DNA of 64,000 bases, from the IMG/VR virus record IMGVR_UViG_3300009144_000037, one strand, 5' to 3'. Each line of letters begins with the position of its first letter. The stretch's first letter is position 1. This DNA is from a virus. Shown here in pieces: positions 45,406-54,455 of the stretch. Made by a program: the position numbers and the translations under genes. The notes beneath the pieces were generated by a model. The model had not been told where the DNA came from. It searched no databases and saw only the letters and a list, made by a program, of their open reading frames with translations.

Positions 45406-48326
45406 CAGGCTGCTTCCTTCATCCGAACACGTTGCTGTTTCAGGTACTCGACGACGTCCCGGATGCCCTGGTCGTCCAGGCGCTTGCCGGCGCGCTCCTT
45501 GCCGACGACCGCGGCCTCCGGCTCGAACAGCTCGATCTGGCCGCCGTAGGCCTTCCGCTCGTTCCAGGGCTCGAAGGTGACGCCGATGGCCGGCGAGCTG
45601 TCGAGCTTGCACCGCTTAAAGATATCGTCGTGCGAGACCATGATCCGGTGCGCATCCCGGATGAACGGGACCGCGAGGTCCTGGTGAACCGACCAGACCA
45701 GCTCGTCATGGATCGGGATCAGGAACCGGAACTCGCGGTCCCCCCAGCCGAGCGACCGGAAGTGGAGAATGGTGCGGACGATCGAGCGCTTCGCCAGCGT
45801 CGCGCAGGTCCCCTGAATGAGAGCGTTGACGGTCTGATTGCCGGCGCGCTTCTGGATCTTGCGCATGATCCAGCGGACGATGGCGTTGTAGTTCTCGGCT
45901 CCGACCGTCTGAAGCAAAAACTTGTCGCACCACTCCGAGGCCCAGGAGTTCGTCGCCTCGTAGCGGGTGTAGCGGTGCCCGTCCGGCAGCGTGACGTAGC
46001 CCAGCATGTTGACGTCGCTGATCTGCTGGACCCGCCAGGCCTCCGCGACCGGGAACTGCGCCCGGTAGGCGTCGGTGGCGTCGGCGGTCTTCTGCGGCGA
46101 CCAGCCGGCGCGCTCGCCGATCGTGGCCAGCCAGCCGGAGTAGAAGTAGTTGAAGTTGGCCTCCTTGCCGAACACGGTCCGCCAGTAGCCGTAGGCCTTG
46201 GCGCTCTCGAGCAGCTCGCCCTTCAGGTTCGTCATCAGGCGCGGCAGGCGGTCGGCCTCGCCGTGGTGGTCCGAAAGCCACTCGTTCCACGAGGTCATGC
46301 CCTTGAGAGATTTGAACAACTCTAGGTTCATCCCTGGGCAATCTAGGGATAGCAAAGCTGTCGCCGTGCCGGCGTGGAGATCCTGGTGCGGGATCTGCCC
46401 GAAGGCCTTGTGGAACTCCGGGTCGCCGGAGAACTCGCCGATCTCGACCAGCTCGACGCCCGACCAGTCGAGCGAGACCATGAGGTGATCGTCGTAGTCG
46501 GCGACGTAGAAGCCGCGGACGTAGGCGGCCTCGCCCCGCTTGCCGAGCTGCATGGCGTTCGGTGACGACGCCGCGAGGCGGCGCGTCGCCAACAGGCTGG
46601 TGACCTGCGGGTACATGCGGCCGGTCTCAGGGTCGACCAGCATGCTGTAGGGCGTCAGGTAGAGCTTCATGCGCTGCTCGACGCCGGCCAGCCGGTTCAG
46701 GCAGTCGATGACCTTGAGCGCATACCGATTGTGGTGCAGGGCGAAGGGCTCGAGGTCCTCGCGCGAGGGCTTCTCCTCGGCTTGGATCCTCGTCCAGCGC
46801 GCCTGCTGCTCTTCGAGCGCGATGCCGGCGGCGAGCGCGTCCTCCCCGCCAGCCTCGATACGGACAGCCAGCTCGGCCTGCAGCTCGGCCCAGGCCTGCT
46901 CGAGCTGCTCCTTCGAGAGGTGCTTGCCGTCTTTCAGTCGGTCGACGATCCGGCCGCGCGCCTCGCCGTCAGAGGCGACCTTGCCCTTCGAGACCACGAC
47001 CTTGCAGCCGAGGAGATCGTAGAGGATCGTGCGTACCGGCATGTAGTGCGAGAGGTTGACCCCCAGGAGCTTCTTCTCGTTGACGCCGTGCTCGGCCGCC
47101 CAGGCGTTCGTGACGGGACCGCGGACCTGTAGGGCCTGCTCGTAGTCGTCATCGCTGTCGGACGCGTCCAGCCAGATCTGCACGCGCTCGCGATAGGTGG
47201 CCGCGTTCTTGACGTACCAGCTCTCACGCTTGAGCAGCTCCGGGACCAGCTCGCCCGGCCAGCTGAAGTTGCGGGCCGCCGCCTTCATCTCGCGCAGGAT
47301 GCCGGCGGCGGTCGCACGCTCAGCCTCGGTGCGTTGGCGAATGGCCGGCGCGTTCACGCGCATGCCGCCGATCGCGATCGAGGAGAAGATCGCCGGCATG
47401 ACGTTCTCCTGCTCGAAGAACGTCTTCACGAGCGTCGGCCCGCCGTTACGCATCATGTAGGCGAGGAGGTGCCGGAACAGGCGCACGGCCCAGTAGGCGT
47501 CGTCGGCGCCGTAGGCGGCTACCTGCTCGCCCGTGACGAGGCCCATGTGGGCCTCCCCGTCGAGCGTGTCCTCGAAGGTCCGCATCTGGACCCCGAAGTG
47601 CGACCGCACGGCCTGCTTCAGCCCGTAGCCGTAGGCGATGGCGGCCACGAAGCCGTTCCAGGAGAACGAGGCCTTCGACGACTTGCCGATGATCTTGAAC
47701 ACCAGCTCGGACAGGGCCGGCGACATCTCGCCGGTCTCACGGTCGAAGCCGTGGCAGTTTCGGATCAGACCCTCGACGAGCTGACCGATGTCGCCCTGCC
47801 CAGCCGCGAGCCAGGCCTCGAGGCTGTAGGTGTCCGGCCCGTAGGCCGACACGGCCTGCGTCATGGAGCAGATGATGCTGCCCGGCGGGAAATCGTAGTC
47901 GAGCACCGCCTTGATCACGGTCTGCTCGAAGGCGCTGTTGTGCGCGATGAAGTGGGCGTTCTCGGCCGGCAGCGCCTTCAGCAGGTCGAGCAGCAGGCCG
48001 ATCGGCAGACGGTTCTCCGCGTCGCTGTGGCCAAAGTTGATGTAGTAGGCCCTGTCGGGGCGCTCCTCCGAGTAGAACGACGCTCCACAGATCGTGGTCC
48101 GGCGCCAGTCGAACACCGTCTTCGAGGTCTTCGACTTGAAACCCTCGTCGTTGTACTTGCAGAAGCGGGTCAGGCCATCGTGCCGGCGGCTGTCCTCGGT
48201 CTCGAGGTCGAAGCCGACGAATTGGCTGCTCTGGATGAGCGCTCTGATCTCGTCGATGACCTCGGGGTTGCGAGCGTCGACCAGAACGGTGCGGGGCTCG
48301 ACCTGCACGGGATTGTGCATGTTCAT
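45405..48326 (-). CDS. polA: Family A DNA polymerase with 3'-5' exonuclease domain
   Basis: ExoI DLETED, ExoII HNSAFE, ExoIII YGADDA; motif A DWSGVEL, motif B GKEANF (Phe at the 762-equivalent), motif C IHDE. Confidence 0.93.
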   Translation of the reverse strand: MNMHNPVQVEPRTVLVDARNPEVIDEIRALIQSSQFVGFDLETEDSRRHDGLTRFCKYNDEGFKSKTSKTVFDWRRTTICGASFYSEERPDRAYYINFGHSDAENRLPIGLLLDLLKALPAENAHFIAHNSAFEQTVIKAVLDYDFPPGSIICSMTQAVSAYGPDTYSLEAWLAAGQGDIGQLVEGLIRNCHGFDRETGEMSPALSELVFKIIGKSSKASFSWNGFVAAIAYGYGLKQAVRSHFGVQMRTFEDTLDGEAHMGLVTGEQVAAYGADDAYWAVRLFRHLLAYMMRNGGPTLVKTFFEQENVMPAIFSSIAIGGMRVNAPAIRQRTEAERATAAGILREMKAAARNFSWPGELVPELLKRESWYVKNAATYRERVQIWLDASDSDDDYEQALQVRGPVTNAWAAEHGVNEKKLLGVNLSHYMPVRTILYDLLGCKVVVSKGKVASDGEARGRIVDRLKDGKHLSKEQLEQAWAELQAELAVRIEAGGEDALAAGIALEEQQARWTRIQAEEKPSREDLEPFALHHNRYALKVIDCLNRLAGVEQRMKLYLTPYSMLVDPETGRMYPQVTSLLATRRLAASSPNAMQLGKRGEAAYVRGFYVADYDDHLMVSLDWSGVELVEIGEFSGDPEFHKAFGQIPHQDLHAGTATALLSLDCPGMNLELFKSLKGMTSWNEWLSDHHGEADRLPRLMTNLKGELLESAKAYGYWRTVFGKEANFNYFYSGWLATIGERAGWSPQKTADATDAYRAQFPVAEAWRVQQISDVNMLGYVTLPDGHRYTRYEATNSWASEWCDKFLLQTVGAENYNAIVRWIMRKIQKRAGNQTVNALIQGTCATLAKRSIVRTILHFRSLGWGDREFRFLIPIHDELVWSVHQDLAVPFIRDAHRIMVSHDDIFKRCKLDSSPAIGVTFEPWNERKAYGGQIELFEPEAAVVGKERAGKRLDDQGIRDVVEYLKQQRVRMKEAA

Positions 48327-48338
48327 GGCGCCCTCCCC

Positions 48339-49154
48339 TCAGTGCATGAATTGTCGGAGCACGGCGTCGCCGGCCGCCTGGTTCGGCTTGCCGACCGTGA
48401 TCCCCTCCTCCCAGTCGCCGGGCATCGGCAGGAAGGCGGTGACGTCCCAACAGGCTCGAAGGTGATCGGCCTGCTCGACGATACGGTCGGCGGTCGGCTC
48501 CTTCACGCCGGCGCGGAGGAACATCTCTCGGTGAACCTGGCCGGCGGCGAGCGCCTTCATGGCCATGTTCAGGAGGGGCCAGTCGCACTTCGCGAAGGTC
48601 AACGGGCCGAAGTTCGGCAAGCCAGGGACGCGGTCACTGGGATCGCCAACCAGAGCCTTGTAGAGATGGATGAAGCAGGGCTCGACGATCCGGTCCTGCT
48701 TCGAGTCGAGCTTGTCGACCACGATCTTGAGCGCGCTCACGTCGACCTTGACCTTCGCGGTCTCGAGCGCCTTCAGGTCGCGGTCGATCGTATGGACCAT
48801 GACGGGGCCGGTCTCCCCGTAGGTCTCGCAGAGGTGGGCGATGACGTCGTCGGCCTCACGCTGCGGAACCGCGACCTGGATCGCGCGGGTGTGCTCGAGC
48901 GCCTTGCGGGTCAGATCGACCAGCGCGTGCAGCCCGTCCGTCATGGTCGACGGACGATCCTTGTAGCCGGGGAGGATCCGCTGGCGGACGAACTTCGCCC
49001 CCCTCCCCTCGAAGCACCAGACCGCCACGTCTGCCTTGGGCAGCGCCAACATTTCGGTGAAGACCGAGCGCGGGCCACGCCCGAACTGTCCCGGCAGCGC
49101 CTCGTCGAAGCGGCGCCGGAGCACTGCCATCCCGTCGTAGATGTGAATGGTCAC
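48339..49154 (-). CDS. 5'-3' exonuclease/flap endonuclease (Pol I N-terminal-like)
   Basis: IYDG, R.RILPGYK, EADDVI, DRDL, LVGDPSDRVPGLP.FG; GTG 49154. Confidence 0.88.
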   Translation of the reverse strand: MTIHIYDGMAVLRRRFDEALPGQFGRGPRSVFTEMLALPKADVAVWCFEGRGAKFVRQRILPGYKDRPSTMTDGLHALVDLTRKALEHTRAIQVAVPQREADDVIAHLCETYGETGPVMVHTIDRDLKALETAKVKVDVSALKIVVDKLDSKQDRIVEPCFIHLYKALVGDPSDRVPGLPNFGPLTFAKCDWPLLNMAMKALAAGQVHREMFLRAGVKEPTADRIVEQADHLRACWDVTAFLPMPGDWEEGITVGKPNQAAGDAVLRQFMH

Positions 49155-49486
49155 CGCCCGCTCCTCCAGCGGGACTCCACGACGGTGACGACGAACCACC
49201 AGACGAGCGCGCAGGTGCCGACGAGCAGGCCGGCGTAGCACAGGAAGATCAGGATCGAGGCGACGACCCAGAAGAGCAGAGGCACCGGCCACGCGAACAG
49301 GTAGCCCCAGCTCCAGAGATTGCCCTGCTCGAATTGAGGACCGAGGAACCAGGCGTGGACCAGGGCACCGATGCCGAGGTAGCCGGCGACTCGGACGAGG
49401 TGACGGATGAGCGGGCGCTCGTTGACGCGACGCTCCATCAGGCCGCTCGGATCGAGCGTGACGAGTGATGGCGGCTTCTGAGGCAT
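49151..49486 (-). CDS. Membrane protein
   Basis: 2-3 hydrophobic helices. Confidence 0.65.
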   Translation of the reverse strand: MPQKPPSLVTLDPSGLMERRVNERPLIRHLVRVAGYLGIGALVHAWFLGPQFEQGNLWSWGYLFAWPVPLLFWVVASILIFLCYAGLLVGTCALVWWFVVTVVESRWRSGR

Positions 49487-49512
49487 GACCCCTGCTCCAG
49501 GCTGACAGAGAG

Positions 49513-49545
49513 AAAAGGCCCGTGCCTTGGGTAAGACACGGGCCT
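49513..49545 (-). terminator. Intrinsic terminator after the SSB-like gene and ncRNA candidate
   Basis: Minus strand AGGCCCGTGTCTT-accc-AAGGCACGGGCCT-TTTCTCTC. Confidence 0.8.
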
Positions 49546-49552
49546 GTTGTGC

Positions 49553-49729
49553 ATCGGTGTTCAGGACACATCCTGTGTTCGCCGCGGCGGCAGGGTCAGC
49601 ATCGCCAGGCTCGTGACCTAGACGAGGAGGCTTTTGACCGCGTAACCTGACCCGACCAGGTCGAACCCTCTTGTTCCGCGTACTTCGCCGTCCCGCCCGC
49701 AGTGTTTGCGAAGCTCAGGGACCACCGAT
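49553..49729 (-). ncRNA. Candidate structured non-coding RNA of unrecognised family
   Basis: No ORF; nested complementary segments, with 49553-49559/49723-49729 closing the domain. Confidence 0.35.
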
Positions 49730-49744
49730 CTCTTCAGGCCGCGC

Positions 49745-50431
49745 TTAGGCGACCTTCTTCTTGGCAGCGGCGTCGTCGATGATCTCGTAGCCGAACACGC
49801 CGTAGTCCTGGCCGGAGCCCTTCTTCGGAACCGCGGTGATGCGGACCTTGAACGACTGGTCGGGGCCGTACTTCGGATACTGCTCCTTCAGGAAGGCGCC
49901 GAAGGCCTTCGAGTTCATGTAGGAGATCGACAGGCCGACGACGGTGCCCTCCTTGAGGTTGCCGCCCTCCTTGCGCTTGCCCTCGGCGAGCAGTCGGACC
50001 GGCAGCTCGATCAGGTCGGACGCATAGGAGTTGGCGTCCATCTTCTTGCCGTCCGCGATGACCGCGGCCCAGTTCTGGCGCGAGCGAACCTCGGTCACGC
50101 CGTCGTAGGAGGTCTTGTACTGCACGCCAGAGGGGGTGTTCACCCGAAGCGTGTACCCGGCCTTGGCGTCGCCGAACTTCATCTCGACGTCGATGCTGTC
50201 GTGGATGAGCTTGTCCTTGCCGAAGCGCAGGCCCAGCTCGGAGACGGTGATGTAGGCCTCCACATTCATGGACGCGCTGTCCATGAAGTCGGTCAGGGAG
50301 CGCGGGGCGCCGCCGGTGACAGGAAGGCCCGCGGACGCGGCCGGAGCCTGGGCGACGGCAGTGTTCGGAGCGGGGGTCTCGGCGGCCTCCTTCTCGGCGG
50401 CGGCAAGGGCGGCGTTGATGGCGTCGGACAT
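49745..50431 (-). CDS. Putative single-stranded DNA-binding protein
   Basis: Highly biased codons, beta-rich core with aromatic residues, replication-module context; no motif proof. Confidence 0.5.
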   Translation of the reverse strand: MSDAINAALAAAEKEAAETPAPNTAVAQAPAASAGLPVTGGAPRSLTDFMDSASMNVEAYITVSELGLRFGKDKLIHDSIDVEMKFGDAKAGYTLRVNTPSGVQYKTSYDGVTEVRSRQNWAAVIADGKKMDANSYASDLIELPVRLLAEGKRKEGGNLKEGTVVGLSISYMNSKAFGAFLKEQYPKYGPDQSFKVRITAVPKKGSGQDYGVFGYEIIDDAAAKKKVA

Positions 50432-50465
50432 TTGAATTCTCGCTGTGATTTGAACTGGAAATGTT

Positions 50466-50480
50466 GGTACGGAACGTACC
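50466..50480. promoter_or_regulatory. Box A GGTACG-GAA-CGTACC upstream of the SSB-like gene (arms extend to 10 bp, 50462-50484)
   Basis: Perfect palindrome. Confidence 0.8.
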
Positions 50481-50485
50481 AACAA

Positions 50486-50752
50486 TTATCGAGATAGAGG
50501 TTCCCCGCGGGGTTGTCTAGCCCCTCTTGCTCGATCTCGTAGAGCCTCCAGCTGCGCGCGCTGAGCGGGCGAGAAGGTGGCCAGGCTTTCCTGCTGACAG
50601 TGCGATAGGTCCCTGTCAGCAATGAATTTCTTGACCGCGACGCAAAGCACGTGCCGGACCAGCCACCGCCCCTTGTGACGCTGGAAGTACCCGGCGCCCG
50701 TCTCGACGAGGCCGCCACGGTCAGAGCAGACCCCAGGATAGCTGTTGCGCAT
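50486..50752 (-). CDS. Hypothetical protein
   Basis: 88 aa; ATG abuts a Box A variant. Confidence 0.55.
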   Translation of the reverse strand: MRNSYPGVCSDRGGLVETGAGYFQRHKGRWLVRHVLCVAVKKFIADRDLSHCQQESLATFSPAQRAQLEALRDRARGARQPRGEPLSR

Positions 50753-50767
50753 GGTCCGTTTCGTACC
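50753..50767. promoter_or_regulatory. Box A variant GGTCCG-TTT-CGTACC abutting an ATG
   Basis: One mismatch. Confidence 0.7.
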
Positions 50768-50770
50768 TCG

Positions 50771-52180
50771 TCACCAGGGCATGACGACGCGACCGCGCTC
50801 GACCTTGGCCGCATCCTGGGACTTCCGCTTGGTCAGCCGCATGATGTGCTGGTCGATGCTGTCGACGTAGGTGGAGATCTTGATCCGCAGAGCAGATCGC
50901 CGAGCCTCGCGCATAGCCCGCTTGTAGGCCTGGAAGAACGCCGTGTCCTGGTAGTCCATCGACACGAACAGGACGTCCTGAACCTCCTTGGCGCCGCAGA
51001 ACTGCCAGTTGAAGCCGCAGTCGGCGACCCGCGGCGAGCCGATGATCGTGTCGAGACGGCCGGCGATGAAGGCCTTGTCGATCTCGCCGGCCTGCTTCGG
51101 TGAGGTGTCACCGTTGATGATCTCGGCGCGACGCCCCGCAGCCCGCGCGACGTCGAGCATCTGGCGCTGCTGCGGCTTGAGCGCCGCGTAGGCGAGGAGC
51201 GGTCGCGCGAGCGACGTGAGCTTCTCGCAGTCGTCGCCGAACTCCTCGAGCTTGCCCGGCGTCTCGCCGGGGCAGATGTCGACCCACTGCCCGGGGTTCA
51301 CGAGGTCGGGGAACGCGTTGGGGTGCTCCATGATCTGCCGGGCGCGCGTGAAGGCGACGCCGGGCTTGGTGCCGTCCACGAAGAACTGCTCCAGCTCCAG
51401 GAGCGCCGTCTCCCGGAAGGTCTCGTAGGCCTTCCGCTGCCGCTCGTTCATCCGGCAGCGGGCGATCTCGACGACCAGCTCCTCGGGTCCATGGACCTCG
51501 CTCCAGAGCCGCTTGATGGAGTGCTTCGAGAGGATCGCCTCGAGACGATCGAGATTGTCGTGCCCGACCACCTTGCGGGACCATGGATCGACGATGTTGT
51601 GCATCATGTCGAAGGCCTCGGGCGTCCCGTAGTAGCGGGGCTCGATGACCTGGATCGCGGGGTACACCGTCGAGGGGCGGCCGTTGTAGCTGGTGCCCGT
51701 CATCGGCACGAACCAGAGGTCCTTCCCGCGCCGGGCGCACCAGCGGTAGAGCGCCTGGGTCCGCTTGCTCTCGTGGCCACCGAAGGCCTTATGCCACTCG
51801 TCGATGTCGACGGCGTAGAAGCCCTGCTCCGGCGAGAACGCCTCGCTGCTCAGCTCGAACCGGGTGTAGCCCATCAGGACCACCTTGGCGGCCAGATGGC
51901 GCGGCTCGACGGGACCGTCGAGGATGACGACCTCGTCCTCACCCCACTCGCCCCAGAGCAGCGCCTCGTCGAGGTTCTTCTCCAGGAGCTTCATCGGCAT
52001 CAGCCAGAGGGTGCGATGGCCGTGCTTGTCCCACCGCGCTCGCTGGAGGACGCAGATGGTCGGCGTCTTGCCGGTGCCCGGCTCGCCGCCGTGGATGCAG
52101 CGACGCTCCTTGTAGAACAGGCGGCCGAGGTCCTGGATCTGGTCGGGTCGCAGCTCACGGGGCGCAGCGGTCACGGTCAT
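50771..52180 (-). CDS. SF2 (SNF2-like) helicase
   Basis: EPGTGKT, DIDEWH, MTGT, INGDT, GFNWQ, QAYKRAMR. Confidence 0.88.
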   Translation of the reverse strand: MTVTAAPRELRPDQIQDLGRLFYKERRCIHGGEPGTGKTPTICVLQRARWDKHGHRTLWLMPMKLLEKNLDEALLWGEWGEDEVVILDGPVEPRHLAAKVVLMGYTRFELSSEAFSPEQGFYAVDIDEWHKAFGGHESKRTQALYRWCARRGKDLWFVPMTGTSYNGRPSTVYPAIQVIEPRYYGTPEAFDMMHNIVDPWSRKVVGHDNLDRLEAILSKHSIKRLWSEVHGPEELVVEIARCRMNERQRKAYETFRETALLELEQFFVDGTKPGVAFTRARQIMEHPNAFPDLVNPGQWVDICPGETPGKLEEFGDDCEKLTSLARPLLAYAALKPQQRQMLDVARAAGRRAEIINGDTSPKQAGEIDKAFIAGRLDTIIGSPRVADCGFNWQFCGAKEVQDVLFVSMDYQDTAFFQAYKRAMREARRSALRIKISTYVDSIDQHIMRLTKRKSQDAAKVERGRVVMPW

Positions 52181-52183
52181 GGA

Positions 52184-52513
52184 TCAGCCCTCCCTCTGCC
52201 GGCGCTGGACCGCAGTCTCGGCGATGCGGGCGACCGCGTGCCGGACCCCGTCCGGGTCGGGCGAGCGGAACGCAGCGCGCGCCGCGTCGAACCGCCGGAC
52301 GATGAAGGGCATATCGGCTCTGACCCGCTTGAACAGAGAGCGCAGACCGGCCTCGTGCGGCTTCAGGTAGGACTGGCCCAGCTGCTTGTAGAAGACCCGC
52401 AGGAAGGCCTCATCACCGTAGCCGACCAGGGCATCGAGCGCCCTGACCTCCTCCTCGGTGACCACGAAGGTCACGGTCCCGACGACGTTCGCGGCGGCGC
52501 GTAGCTCTGCCAT
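52184..52513 (-). CDS. Hypothetical protein
   Basis: ATG 52513 after GGAGG. Confidence 0.65.
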   Translation of the reverse strand: MAELRAAANVVGTVTFVVTEEEVRALDALVGYGDEAFLRVFYKQLGQSYLKPHEAGLRSLFKRVRADMPFIVRRFDAARAAFRSPDPDGVRHAVARIAETAVQRRQREG

Positions 52514-52515
52514 GG

Positions 52516-53871
52516 TCAGTCCTCCCTCACCGGCACCAGGTCCACCTCCGACGTACCCGGCAACGGACCACGACCGTGACGGCGCGATCGCTTCCCGCGG
52601 ATCTTGGCCATGATCTCGGGCGTGCTGACCCGCTCCAGCTCGCGCTCGCCGCACGCGGCCATGTCGAAGCGGAGGAGCGTGGCGAGGCCGGCGAGGCAGG
52701 TCAGGGTCCCGCCTATCTCCTGCCCCGGCTCGCCGACCGGGCGAGCAAAGACATAGTCGACGAGCTGCAGGACCTGCTCCCGCGTCATGCCGGCGGCCTG
52801 GAGCAGCTCGAGGCTCTCCTCGCCGAAGCGTGCTGCGCGCTCGGGCAGGTCGGTGGGATCGTCCCGGAAGCACTCCTCCATCCAGACCGCGTTCCGGGAC
52901 TGGAAGCCGGTGTCGAACATGCGCGGGACGATCTCGCCCGAGGCGAGGTTCAGCTCCTTCATGTCCTCCAGGGTCGTGATGCCGTGGAGGACCGCGCCGG
53001 CCTGCAGCCAGCCGAGCCACCGGCAGGCCTTCGTCTCGCTGTTCAGCTCTCGGCGAACCAGCGAGACGGCCAGGAACTTCAGGTGCCCCGGGCTCAGCCC
53101 GTCATGATCCCCTTCACCACGGAAGGCAGGCTTGTCGGGGAAGTGATGATCGAGCCGCTTCAGGATCTCGGTCGCGCAGTAGGCTGCGCGGTCGATCCAA
53201 TTCGCCTTCGCGGGCTCTGCCGCAGGGGGCGGGGCGGCGGCGAGGGCTGAGCGCAGGGCTTTGACGTGCTCCCAGATATGATCCAGGCCGACGATCCAGA
53301 GCAGGTGTCGGGCCGTGGTCTCGTCGTCGGTTGGCGTCTTGAGGTCACGGAGCTTGCCAAGCGCCACCGTAGCCGCGGTGACCGAAGCGTCGTAGCCCTC
53401 GATCGCGCCTCGCCAAACGAGCCATCTATCCGCCGCCCTGCCACCGCCCTCGGTGGATGCGGTCGGGAGGGCACGGATCGCCGCCGCGATCTCATCGCCG
53501 TCGTAGGGCTCGGTGCGACCGAACTCGGCGGCGCGGTGATGGCTCTCGACCACCTGTGCAGCACGCTCGCGCATGTCCTCGGCCGTCCCTGCAGTCATGA
53601 GATGGCTCTCGACAGCGGCTCGGGCCGCGGCTTCGGTGACCTCGAAGACCTGCGCGGACGAGGGCGCGAACGGCGTCTTGAAGGCGCCCGGCAGGATCGC
53701 GCGCAAGCGCAGATAGGCCTTGTGCAGCTCGTGGCCCTGCTCGACACGATCGCGCAGTCTCTCCGCGATCTCGATCGAAGCGGCATTCAGCGTGTAGACG
53801 CCGTCAGTGGCGTCCTTCCACCGCTCAAGGATGGCAAGGATCTCACGCGACAGCAGGGTCTCGGTGGCCAT
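52516..53871 (-). CDS. Mosaic multi-domain protein with C-terminal MazG-like domain
   Basis: ERAARFGEESLELLQA.G...V.YVF.RPVGEPGQEIGG motif. Confidence 0.7.
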   Translation of the reverse strand: MATETLLSREILAILERWKDATDGVYTLNAASIEIAERLRDRVEQGHELHKAYLRLRAILPGAFKTPFAPSSAQVFEVTEAAARAAVESHLMTAGTAEDMRERAAQVVESHHRAAEFGRTEPYDGDEIAAAIRALPTASTEGGGRAADRWLVWRGAIEGYDASVTAATVALGKLRDLKTPTDDETTARHLLWIVGLDHIWEHVKALRSALAAAPPPAAEPAKANWIDRAAYCATEILKRLDHHFPDKPAFRGEGDHDGLSPGHLKFLAVSLVRRELNSETKACRWLGWLQAGAVLHGITTLEDMKELNLASGEIVPRMFDTGFQSRNAVWMEECFRDDPTDLPERAARFGEESLELLQAAGMTREQVLQLVDYVFARPVGEPGQEIGGTLTCLAGLATLLRFDMAACGERELERVSTPEIMAKIRGKRSRRHGRGPLPGTSEVDLVPVRED

Positions 53872-53873
53872 GA

Positions 53874-54455
53874 TCAGCTCCTACGGATGAGGTGGTAGAG
53901 CTGGCGCCGGCCCTCGGCCGCCCAGTCGTGGTTCATGGGGAGCCCGGCCGGGTCCAGGACCTCGGCGCCGGGCAGCTTCAGGGGACCGCAGACGATCAGG
54001 TTGCGCAGGCGCGGCATCGCCGCGAGCGTCTCCAGCTCGACGAGATCGCCAGGCTCGGTGTCGGTGATGGCGACGGGCGCGACGTTGGTGAGCAGGAGCT
54101 TTGGCGCGAGGCGCGAGATGCGCGGCCGGCGCAGCACCGTGTAGGGCTCGACGAAGCGATGGAGCGTCGGCGTCATCGCCGACAGCCGCCAGATCCAGTG
54201 GACGTCGGCCGCGCGGACGTAGAAAAGCCGAGCCTCCTGGTCCGGCCCCATGGCCCGCGCGAACGGGTGATCGAGGACCGGGCCGATCTCCGGAGGACAG
54301 AGTCGGTGCGGGCAGCGCAGCCAGTGCGGCACCCGCACGTCGAACGGGCTGTCGAGCCGGCCGTAGCCGGGCGACAGACACCGGCCGCCGTCCTGCTCGT
54401 GCAGGAAGAGGAACTCGTCCTGCCGATGGATGCCGTAGTGGGTGGCTGGGGTCAC
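53874..54455 (-). CDS. Possible degenerate DUF5131 (Gp37/Gp68)-like protein
   Basis: EP...V.L...LIVCG...PMNHDWA..RRQ resembles the DUF5131 C-terminus; the SPG motif lacks its Fe-S cysteines. Confidence 0.45.
   Translation of the reverse strand: MTPATHYGIHRQDEFLFLHEQDGGRCLSPGYGRLDSPFDVRVPHWLRCPHRLCPPEIGPVLDHPFARAMGPDQEARLFYVRAADVHWIWRLSAMTPTLHRFVEPYTVLRRPRISRLAPKLLLTNVAPVAITDTEPGDLVELETLAAMPRLRNLIVCGPLKLPGAEVLDPAGLPMNHDWAAEGRRQLYHLIRRS

Noticed and set aside
34223-48326. Calling this a Z-DNA (2-aminoadenine) phage
   Set aside because: No PurZ (adenylosuccinate synthetase-like) gene in the window; kept only as a hypothesis
47334-49238. 634-aa + strand ORF and similar alternative-frame ORFs throughout
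   Set aside because: Shadows of PolA, the exonuclease and other genes; V/L/D/R-rich composition typical of reverse-frame translation
49640-49680. GGTTCGA on the minus strand, resembling a tRNA T-loop
   Set aside because: No T-stem (C61 missing), acceptor stem or anticodon arm
49725-49745. CTGAAGAG on the minus strand, resembling a hammerhead core
   Set aside because: No matching stem II-GAAA or cleavage triplet geometry
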